Positions 57,146 to 64,000 of a DNA stretch of 64,000 nucleotides are shown here, one piece after another. Every line of letters starts with the position of its first letter. The first letter of the stretch is position 1. The translations under genes were made by a program, and so were the position numbers. The stretch covers positions 44,876 to 108,875 of the IMG/VR virus record IMGVR_UViG_3300037755_000497; one strand, given 5' to 3'. The notes beneath the pieces were generated by a model. It was not told where the DNA came from and did no database searches. It worked only from the letters and a program-made list of their open reading frames with translations. The DNA comes from a virus.

Positions 57146-57823
57146 TTATATTCTCTTTTTTAACTTAACTTTCATTTTCATTTTTGTTTTCTTCTGCTTA
57201 GGTTCTTCTTCAATTATCGAACCGCTGGGAATGTACTTCCTGACTTTTTCTTCATCATCTTCTAACGTTGCAAGAAGTTCAGGCCGCATTTCAATAATGT
57301 TACCATTGGCCATAGCATTCAATCTTGCTACTTCATCGGCCACTTCTTTCTTAACATCATCTGTAGACATTGTAGAAAAAGTCATTTCAGTTTCAACAGA
57401 AACTTCGTTACCTTTCTTCTCGATGAACCCCATTTCCTGCCCAGTCTTCAAAACGTCTTTGTTAATCTCATGCTTCATTTTTATACAGGCAACCAGTGCT
57501 GTGTATTGATGCTTCCATTTAAAACGTTGTTGCATTTCTTCCAGGTCATTTATGTTTTGACGGGATTTCTCAACGAATTCTGTATAAACTCTTACGTTGT
57601 TTAAGTTCTGGAAATTATCTGTGTCAGTTACATGGATTCTTTTTTTAACTGCACTAAGAACTTGCGGTTTAGAAGTCAAACCTAACTTCTCTAAAATTTT
57701 AAAGTCAGAGTGCCCACGGCCAATTAATTGCCTTACTTCTTCTTCAAGTGCATTCTGTTCAGTGGCCGTTAGTCCCTTACTTTTTTTAATTTTATTTTTT
57801 TTCTTTTTAGATTTTGTTGCCAT
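57146..57823 (-). CDS. Putative terminase small subunit
   Basis: N-terminal HTH-like segment, helical core, near TerL. Confidence 0.5.
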   Translation of the reverse strand: MATKSKKKKNKIKKSKGLTATEQNALEEEVRQLIGRGHSDFKILEKLGLTSKPQVLSAVKKRIHVTDTDNFQNLNNVRVYTEFVEKSRQNINDLEEMQQRFKWKHQYTALVACIKMKHEINKDVLKTGQEMGFIEKKGNEVSVETEMTFSTMSTDDVKKEVADEVARLNAMANGNIIEMRPELLATLEDDEEKVRKYIPSGSIIEEEPKQKKTKMKMKVKLKKRI

Positions 57824-57825
57824 AA

Positions 57826-58497
57826 TTATTCTTCTATTTCGCCTGTGTCATAAACTGTTATTAAATTTTTACCTTTATCTAAACCATCTGGTGAAATATA
57901 CGGAACGCCTAAACCCATTAGGTCATCCCAATTAACATCAAGTATATTGTCTTCATCAGCTTGTGTTACTAATTGTGAACAGTAATTTGTTGGATGTATC
58001 TTGTCACCATTTTTATTTCTAGGGTCTAGTTTCTCTTTGGCCAGAAATGCGTAATTATATTTTGAACCTTTGTGCTTCCAAACATTAGTAATAAATTTAT
58101 CTACACCCCATCGTGGGTCAACAACTCTTTTTATTCTTACACGTTCACTTTCTGAACATACTTTGTGTAAATCAGTTTCGTAGAATCCTTTATGGGTCAT
58201 TTCTACAACTTCAATTAAACCTTTGCCCTTGCCAACCACGATAGCAGCATGTGACCAATCACCTGGAATAAGTATTGAAGTTAATTTCCTATAATCAACG
58301 GTAAGAAGGATGTCACCAACTTGAACTTCACTGTAGAATATTTGGAATTTAAAGCGTGGGAATCGGGGGTAATAGGTAGTAAACCGAATATAAGGAATAT
58401 ATTTTTCCAATATATTAGACCAGAAATGACTTCCAACAATTGCGTAAGCTAATTTTCTTTTTAAACGTACAAGTAAACTAGGTTTCTTTTCTTCCAT
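57826..58497 (-). CDS. Second permuted papain-like amidase (YiiX/YebB-type)
   Basis: QVGDILLT, IPGDWSHAAIV, GSKYNY, YCSQLV, ISPDGL. Confidence 0.85.
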   Translation of the reverse strand: MEEKKPSLLVRLKRKLAYAIVGSHFWSNILEKYIPYIRFTTYYPRFPRFKFQIFYSEVQVGDILLTVDYRKLTSILIPGDWSHAAIVVGKGKGLIEVVEMTHKGFYETDLHKVCSESERVRIKRVVDPRWGVDKFITNVWKHKGSKYNYAFLAKEKLDPRNKNGDKIHPTNYCSQLVTQADEDNILDVNWDDLMGLGVPYISPDGLDKGKNLITVYDTGEIEE

Positions 58498-58831
58498 GTT
58501 TCTTCCCTGATTTCCTAACGAATCCAAATCCATTGCATTCGTCACATTGTTTCCTACCGTGAACTACTGTTTCGATAATTTTTTTAACTGTCTCACTATT
58601 TAGTTTACCATCATCATTTAATTTTTCCAGTATTTCATTACCCTTATACTTGATTGTTGTGATTCCTTCTAATATGTATTCACTGGAAGAACGTACTTTG
58701 TGCCCTTCACCTTTACAGTGCTTACAGATTTCAAAATCTTCATTGAACTTGTCCATTGCTTGACCAACAGTCATTGGTTCTGTGCTTACGCAATTTCTTA
58801 CAGAGATATAACCTTTTGAACGTTTTGGCAT
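58478..58831 (-). CDS. DnaJ-type CxxCxGxG Zn-finger protein
   Basis: CKHCKGEG and CDECNGFG. Confidence 0.7.
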   Translation of the reverse strand: MPKRSKGYISVRNCVSTEPMTVGQAMDKFNEDFEICKHCKGEGHKVRSSSEYILEGITTIKYKGNEILEKLNDDGKLNSETVKKIIETVVHGRKQCDECNGFGFVRKSGKKHGRKET

Positions 58832-58833
58832 AA

Positions 58834-59022
58834 TTAGTCCTTTTTCTTGGCCCTAGTTGAAACATACTTTTCATAGAATGCTTTCTTCTCTGTTATCGCA
58901 TAGGAACCTAGAACTTTACCCGTCATTGAAGTAACAACCAGTGTACCGCCTTCATACTTTTCAACAATTACTGGTTTACCCGTTTTAATACTCTTATGGG
59001 TTGATCTATCATTTTTTGCCAT
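58834..59022 (-). CDS. Small basic hypothetical protein
   Basis: AAGGA SD; first gene after the promoter at 59046-59076. Confidence 0.7.
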   Translation of the reverse strand: MAKNDRSTHKSIKTGKPVIVEKYEGGTLVVTSMTGKVLGSYAITEKKAFYEKYVSTRAKKKD

Positions 59023-59036
59023 CTGTCATTTCCTTT

Positions 59037-59077
59037 GTATAACTACATTGTAAGAATATGTTTCCTACAATGTCAAA
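59037..59077 (-). promoter_or_regulatory. Promoter TTGACA-N18-TACAAT carrying two degenerate palindromic operators and one GTTATAC heptamer
   Basis: AACTACATTGTAAGA 59041-59055, TCCTACAATGTCAAA 59063-59077, GTATAAC 59037-59043. Confidence 0.7.
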
Positions 59078-59085
59078 CACTATTA

Positions 59086-59238
59086 TTAAACTTCATAAAC
59101 TGATAGTATAGCATCTAAAGCTTCACTCATTGAACCTATTCCATCTTCCAGTAGCACCCCATCTTTATAAACAGCAATTGTGCTACCCATCTTATAAATT
59201 TCATAAGTAATACCATCTATGATAAATGTTCTGTCCAT
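59086..59238 (-). CDS. Small hypothetical protein (50 aa, not in the ORF track)
   Basis: MDRTFIIDGITYEIYKMGS...SVYEV*; starts 2 nt after the upstream stop. Confidence 0.6.
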   Translation of the reverse strand: MDRTFIIDGITYEIYKMGSTIAVYKDGVLLEDGIGSMSEALDAILSVYEV

Positions 59239-59239
59239 A

Positions 59240-59485
59240 TTAAACCGCCTTCCCTTCTTTCACCCTATCAAGAACAAATGAATTACCAGCTTTTAAGTCA
59301 TCAATTATTTTGTCCATAATTCGGCCTAATTTTTTCAAGCTTTGTACATCTTTTTTATCGTGTGCTAACCAAAAGTTCTTTTCAAATTCTGGTAAAACTT
59401 CGTGGAACATTTTGCCAACCATATCTTCAATTGAATTCATACCTTTTAAGATGTACTTTGCATGGTAGTTAAATTGGTCAAACAT
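59240..59485 (-). CDS. Hypothetical early protein
   Basis: AAGGGGA SD; downstream of an operator/promoter. Confidence 0.7.
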   Translation of the reverse strand: MFDQFNYHAKYILKGMNSIEDMVGKMFHEVLPEFEKNFWLAHDKKDVQSLKKLGRIMDKIIDDLKAGNSFVLDRVKEGKAV

Positions 59486-59520
59486 ATATTCCCCTTGGTT
59501 GGTTTGTTAATATTATTATA

Positions 59521-59535
59521 TCCTACATTGTAGGA
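59521..59535. promoter_or_regulatory. Palindromic operator TCCTACATTGTAGGA next to a TATAAT -10 box
   Basis: Perfect 7-1-7 palindrome. Confidence 0.8.
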
Positions 59536-59541
59536 TTATTT

Positions 59542-60111
59542 TTATTCAATGCCTACAATATTAAATAGTGGTTCCATCTTGGATGGATTGTTTGCCATCT
59601 TACCAAGCCCAGCAAATTGAACTATTAAAGTTACAGCTGACATTTCTTCACCAGCTGTTTGCATGATTTGTTTGCACCCAATACCTTTCATACTCTGGAA
59701 GTAGTATTGACCTTTTCCCATTTCCTTTTCAAAGCCTGTATCATCTACCAGTTTAAGGTAAGTAAATGCGCAAGCTGATGAATCACCATGTGCTGCAATC
59801 ATTGTGTCACCGATAACTAGAACTTTAAACTTCTTACCCATAAAAAACTTAGGGTCATTAACATAGTCATTTGCAATACTAATGAATGGTACTTTATTTT
59901 GCTTTTTCTTCTGTACTTTCTGGTGCTTCTTAAACTCTTTTTCTGTTACAACTTCACTTTCAGCTGGTGCTTCGTAATTAACATAATCTGTCCCACCATT
60001 GCTGTGTGCTGATTGCATGGCCCTTGTGTTCTGTTCATTGATAGCCTTAATCTGTTCTTTAGTTAAAGCGAAGCAATTAATTGATACTAATAAGATTAAT
60101 AGAATTTTCAT
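59542..60111 (-). CDS. Exported protein with signal peptide
   Basis: MKILLILLVSINCFA. Confidence 0.7.
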   Translation of the reverse strand: MKILLILLVSINCFALTKEQIKAINEQNTRAMQSAHSNGGTDYVNYEAPAESEVVTEKEFKKHQKVQKKKQNKVPFISIANDYVNDPKFFMGKKFKVLVIGDTMIAAHGDSSACAFTYLKLVDDTGFEKEMGKGQYYFQSMKGIGCKQIMQTAGEEMSAVTLIVQFAGLGKMANNPSKMEPLFNIVGIE

Positions 60112-60126
60112 ATTCCCCCCTATGTA

Positions 60127-60492
60127 TTAGCTGGCCACGGCCATTTTGTATTTTTTTATGTACCCTTCTAATTCATTAACATCTTTAGCGAATATTTCCT
60201 GTATGTCGTACTTCTTTTTATAGCGTTCTTTGTCCATAACAATATCAAACCAAGAAGTGAAAAGTATTACTGGTATGGCCTTATTATTTTTTCTAAGTTC
60301 CTGGATGAATTCTAGTCCGTTCATTCTAGGCATCTGGTAATCACTTACTATTAAGTCGAATTCTTTAAAATCCCTTAATTGCCTTAAACCTTCAACACCA
60401 TTTTCTACATGTACTATTTCGCAATAGTCTTCAAGAATCATTTTTACAACCCCAGCTAATTCTTTAGTGTCTTCTAATAATAAAACTTTCAT
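60127..60492 (-). CDS. Single-domain response regulator (CheY-like receiver)
   Basis: KVLLLED, FDLIVSDYQMPRMNGLEF (phospho-Asp), IPVILFT, conserved K in FAKD. Confidence 0.92.
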   Translation of the reverse strand: MKVLLLEDTKELAGVVKMILEDYCEIVHVENGVEGLRQLRDFKEFDLIVSDYQMPRMNGLEFIQELRKNNKAIPVILFTSWFDIVMDKERYKKKYDIQEIFAKDVNELEGYIKKYKMAVAS

Positions 60493-60501
60493 CTTATCCC
60501 C

Positions 60502-61404
60502 TTATTTCTTGTTGTAATATCTAATTTTAATAATTTCTTTAATCTGTGACTTAGGTATCCAAACACTTGTAAATGTACCTTGTTCCTTACTAAGTTTCTC
60601 TAAAGCAGCAACAACTTCTTTAGCCTTTTCCATAGTTGGTCTTCCTAGGCCAATCTTTTCAGCGCAAATAGGGCCAATTCCAGTAGCACGTGAAATATCA
60701 TTAATTAATTCACGGCCACAAACACCGCAACGTGAAGTAATACCACTAAAAAATTCAGCGTCAACACAATAAGCTTTAGCAGTTTCACGCTTAACTTTAA
60801 TTACTTTAAGGTTACGAAATGCAAAAGCAGTACCCATATTTTCTTTTAAACGAACAGAAAGCCATTTTGATACTTCAAAAATATTACCGTCTAAATCATG
60901 GGGTAACATAATAGTAGGGTCATCATCCATAGAATTAGATTTAAGTTCTAAATCCATAGACTTTGCTTCTTCAAGAAAAGGTATAATGTCAGAAAATTCT
61001 TTCACATAAATACATTGAATATCATCACCAATGGATTCTACAGCATCACTCCAAAATCTATACTTATCTGACAAAACTTCTCTATACCATGCCCAAGTGA
61101 TACCAAATTTTTTAAGTGTAAAACCTAAAGCTTGAAACTTATTATTTAATCCGTAAGTCTTACCATAAGCAATAGCGTAACCATCAGAAATGGGTGGTAA
61201 TTCTAAAGTATCTTCTATTTTTTTAATATGGCTTAAAGTCTTTTTAACTACTGTTTTATAATTAGTGCGTAAAGCATAATCTACTTCATCACGTAACGAC
61301 TTACCTTTGAACTTAGTGTGCGGCTTAGTAGCTAAGGTTGCACCGTACTTATCAGATAAAATCTTAAGTTCAGCTTGCAATTTTAATAAGTCAGACATAA
61401 GCAT
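60502..61404 (-). CDS. DUF6011-like Zn-finger protein
   Basis: CGVCGRELINDISRATGIGPICA; RETAKA...WIPKSQI. Confidence 0.7.
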   Translation of the reverse strand: MLMSDLLKLQAELKILSDKYGATLATKPHTKFKGKSLRDEVDYALRTNYKTVVKKTLSHIKKIEDTLELPPISDGYAIAYGKTYGLNNKFQALGFTLKKFGITWAWYREVLSDKYRFWSDAVESIGDDIQCIYVKEFSDIIPFLEEAKSMDLELKSNSMDDDPTIMLPHDLDGNIFEVSKWLSVRLKENMGTAFAFRNLKVIKVKRETAKAYCVDAEFFSGITSRCGVCGRELINDISRATGIGPICAEKIGLGRPTMEKAKEVVAALEKLSKEQGTFTSVWIPKSQIKEIIKIRYYNKK

Positions 61405-61431
61405 TTCCCTTGATTAGTTTCTATATAACTA

Positions 61432-61504
61432 TAATATCCTACATTGTAGGAAAGATCAAACAAAATCGTGCAACCTAAGTACATGTTTTTCCTACATTGT
61501 AGGA
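61432..61504 (-). promoter_or_regulatory. Early promoter TTGATC-N17-TATTAT with paired palindromic operators
   Basis: TCCTACATTGTAGGA at 61437-61451 (fills the spacer) and at 61490-61504. Confidence 0.8.
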
Positions 61505-62293
61505 TTATTTTAATCTATTACCCTTTTGGCCCCAATGATTTAATCTTTTTAATAACTCTAAATCCTTGAAGTCAACCTTAACGTTACCATTTTTAAATAT
61601 TGTCAAAGTAAAGTAAGGGCCATCAACGAATTTTGAACCTTTCCTTAACTCTATGTTTGTAAGTGCTGTTATGTTATTCTGTACATCTGGTTGAATTCCA
61701 CTGTCAACTAGGTAACAGGCCCTTTCTAAGTCATCTATTAAGTTAAATTTAGAATTCATGCTGGAAACATACCATGGTAATTCTGAACCGCTGTAAATGT
61801 GGAATATGGTGGCCCTAAAACTCTTTGGTATGCCAGTCTGTATTCTTTTTTCACGGTTATTGTGCTTGTTACCTTTACTAAAGACAATATTGGTTACTTC
61901 TTCATAAATCTTCTTAATCATTGCCGTTGCTGTAGCATCTTTAGAAGTCATAAACTTATTTATAGTGTTCATTACATTATCGTAATTAAATACAGGTGAA
62001 TTGTTTTCCAGATTTTCAAATAGCTTTTCCTTGTCTGTAGTGGTTAAGTATTTTTCCACTTGGTATTCATTAAGGCAATCATGCCAGAAAGTAATGTCCA
62101 GTTTCTTCCTTACAACTTCAATGTCATCATCGCCAATGAATTCTGGGTATCTTATTATTTTCGATAACTCGCATGTTGCGTGCTTTAACTTCTTGGCCAG
62201 CTCTATTATTTCCATTATCAGCTTGGCCTGTTCATCCCTTCGCTTGCATTTTTCCTGTATTGATTCCTTTATTGCTATTTCCCTATTATACAT
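61505..62293 (-). CDS. DUF4942-like protein
   Basis: LDITFW, PVFNYDNV..T, DDLERA, YFTLTIFKNGNVKVDF..LL.RLN. Confidence 0.75.
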   Translation of the reverse strand: MYNREIAIKESIQEKCKRRDEQAKLIMEIIELAKKLKHATCELSKIIRYPEFIGDDDIEVVRKKLDITFWHDCLNEYQVEKYLTTTDKEKLFENLENNSPVFNYDNVMNTINKFMTSKDATATAMIKKIYEEVTNIVFSKGNKHNNREKRIQTGIPKSFRATIFHIYSGSELPWYVSSMNSKFNLIDDLERACYLVDSGIQPDVQNNITALTNIELRKGSKFVDGPYFTLTIFKNGNVKVDFKDLELLKRLNHWGQKGNRLK

Positions 62294-62306
62294 AGGTTAC
62301 CCCTAT

Positions 62307-62328
62307 GGCCCCGAAGGGCCTTTTATTT
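62307..62328. terminator. GC hairpin (cUUCGg loop on the minus strand; U-tail on the plus strand)
   Basis: GGCCC-CGAA-GGGCC-TTTT. Confidence 0.55.
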
Positions 62329-62329
62329 A

Positions 62330-62572
62330 TTATGCTGCTATTGCTTTTCCTAAGTGTCTAAAGAAATCTAAAACATCACCGTTAGCAAAATCAATTTTAA
62401 CAATTACGTTTTTGATTTGTACTTGTTCAGATGATGGTGCAATTAATATGTGTTCAAGGATAACACCGTAAGTAAAAAAGTTTGTTCCACTTGGCCCTTC
62501 AACTTCAAAAGATGCTTCCATGTCTAAACCTTTTTCTTCAATAAAAGTATTAATCCATTTTGTAAAGTTCAT
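62330..62572 (-). CDS. Hypothetical early protein
   Basis: AAGGGG SD; IVKIDFANGDV..F..HL. Confidence 0.75.
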   Translation of the reverse strand: MNFTKWINTFIEEKGLDMEASFEVEGPSGTNFFTYGVILEHILIAPSSEQVQIKNVIVKIDFANGDVLDFFRHLGKAIAA

Positions 62573-62603
62573 ATTAACCCCTTCGGTTGTTTTGTTAATA
62601 CAA

Positions 62604-62676
62604 TAATATCCTACATTGTAGGAAAAGTAAAGCGAATTCGTGCGTGTTAAGTTGCTAAAATTCTTACAATGTAGGA
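62604..62676 (-). promoter_or_regulatory. Early promoter TTTACT-N17-TATTAT with paired palindromic operators
   Basis: TCCTACATTGTAGGA 62609-62623 and TCTTACAATGTAGGA 62662-62676. Confidence 0.8.
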
Positions 62677-62680
62677 TTAT

Positions 62681-63133
62681 TTATAGATTATAGTTAGGTT
62701 TATCATGCTTTAATTCGTATTCATCAGAAATGTAACCCTGCTTTTCAAGTAAGTTCATAAACTCAATAGCTATTAATGATTCAAGTTTCTTGTGTGCTGG
62801 GGTATGGTTCCAATGGTTCATGTGCGCTAGTTCGTGGGCCAGGTGTTCCAGTATCGTTATTTTACCGTAAGTAACTTTGTATCTGGAATATGGATTAAGC
62901 CTTTTAGTTCTGTAAACATATAGGTACAGAGATATATAAAAGATTTCATCAGTTAATTCATCCTTCATAATAACGGCCCTGAAATTATGAACCTTATCTA
63001 CCCTTCCCTTTAAGGCCTGTATCTTAGGAAGCCTAGCAATCGGTACTAAGTGTTCTACACATTCCAGGAACGGTCTAACCCACTCAAGTTCTGGGGCAAT
63101 CTTTGTTTTATTTGAAGATGACAAGTTTTTCAT
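62681..63133 (-). CDS. HExxH zinc metallopeptidase-like protein (SprT/YgjP/WLM-like)
   Basis: LAHELAHMNHWNHTPAH. Confidence 0.7.
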   Translation of the reverse strand: MKNLSSSNKTKIAPELEWVRPFLECVEHLVPIARLPKIQALKGRVDKVHNFRAVIMKDELTDEIFYISLYLYVYRTKRLNPYSRYKVTYGKITILEHLAHELAHMNHWNHTPAHKKLESLIAIEFMNLLEKQGYISDEYELKHDKPNYNL

Positions 63134-63998
63134 TATTATCTTTTACCTTATCTTCGTATGAATCACATAATATAGGTGTTCTTAAAACCATTCCATTTTC
63201 AGGGTGGTTTATAAATAATGCTTGCTGTGGCCTTTCAAAAGAGAAGTTGAATTCATTTGCAAATTCGTCATAGCCTTTAATAGAACCATTAACAATTAGT
63301 TGATTGGTATGAATGTACTGGTGAAAATGTCCTAGCATCATTACATCAAAGTTCCTATTGATAGCTTGCGCCTTCTGTTGTTTCCTAGAACGTCCCAGCA
63401 TTAACGGTGTAAAGATTCCACTAATACCACTACCACCACGGAACTGGTCACCGTGTGTTAGTAGGAAACCTTGGTCATATATTTTGAAATGTGCATCAGG
63501 GCCATCAGGTATTAGGAAATTTACACGTTTATCATTTTTGAAATGTCTCTTAAGGAATTGGTAAATTAACCATTCGTAATTATCGAATACTTTATTTTTC
63601 ATCCTTTTCTTTTGGTGATGCCTTCCATGGTTCCCAACAACAGCTGGAATAAAAATCTTATCAAAGTATTCCAGGTGAAGTTCAATTCCACCAATTAATA
63701 AATCAGTTAATAGCAGTAATGAACGCTGGATAGAATCTTCATTTGTTTCTGCAAGTTCTTCATGTATGTTACCACTTAATAAATCACCACCAAGTGCTAT
63801 AACCATTCCATCGTATTTAGGTTTAACAGTTTTATTAAATAGAATATCAATTGAGGTATTGAATGTGTGCTGAATCCTTTTTGTTGCTACTTCTCTGTTG
63901 TATTCATTCACACCGCCAATCTGGGTGGAACTTACCACTTCATCAAAATGTATATCAGAAAGAAATAGGCAAGGGATACCATGCGTTTCACTTTTATT
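63108..63998 (-). CDS. Calcineurin-like metallophosphoesterase (5' end outside the window)
   Basis: Frame stays open to the edge and includes LFLSDIHFDE; GGDL, VGNHGR, THGD, GHFH motifs. Confidence 0.88.
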   Translation of the reverse strand, partial: NKSETHGIPCLFLSDIHFDEVVSSTQIGGVNEYNREVATKRIQHTFNTSIDILFNKTVKPKYDGMVIALGGDLLSGNIHEELAETNEDSIQRSLLLLTDLLIGGIELHLEYFDKIFIPAVVGNHGRHHQKKRMKNKVFDNYEWLIYQFLKRHFKNDKRVNFLIPDGPDAHFKIYDQGFLLTHGDQFRGGSGISGIFTPLMLGRSRKQQKAQAINRNFDVMMLGHFHQYIHTNQLIVNGSIKGYDEFANEFNFSFERPQQALFINHPENGMVLRTPILCDSYEDKVKDNNEKLVIFK

Positions 63999-64000
63999 TT

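Noticed and set aside
1-64000. tRNA/rRNA genes, integrase, alternative genetic code
   Set aside because: No cloverleaf or rRNA-like sequence and no recombinase were recognised; genes are full-length and tightly packed under the standard code

Overview
This window is about 64 kb of a tailed dsDNA phage with a contractile tail (myovirus). It is AT-rich and almost entirely coded on the minus strand. In transcription order (right to left) it holds: an early/accessory block (metallophosphoesterase, HExxH peptidase, DUF4942-like and DUF6011-like proteins, a stand-alone response-regulator receiver); DNA packaging and head genes (terminase, portal, intein-containing gp7/gpF-type protein, XkdF-type protease, scaffold, major capsid); neck, sheath, tube, a frameshifting tail chaperone pair, tape measure, baseplate and fibres; a holin/lipoprotein/lysozyme lysis block; one plus-strand ribbon-helix-helix regulator; a likely iteron origin; and a replication-side operon. 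The most striking element is that last operon. It runs SF2 helicase -> prokaryotic histone-fold protein -> Zn-ribbon protein with a ~130-residue poly-D/E tract and basic tail, which is a candidate phage-encoded chromatin module. Two separate cis-regulatory grammars are visible: a 15-bp palindrome in early promoters, and GTTATAC-N3-GTTATAC upstream of structural operons and of the RHH gene itself. There is also a possible CsrA-sponge-like RNA. All product calls come from motif recognition by eye; no searches were run.
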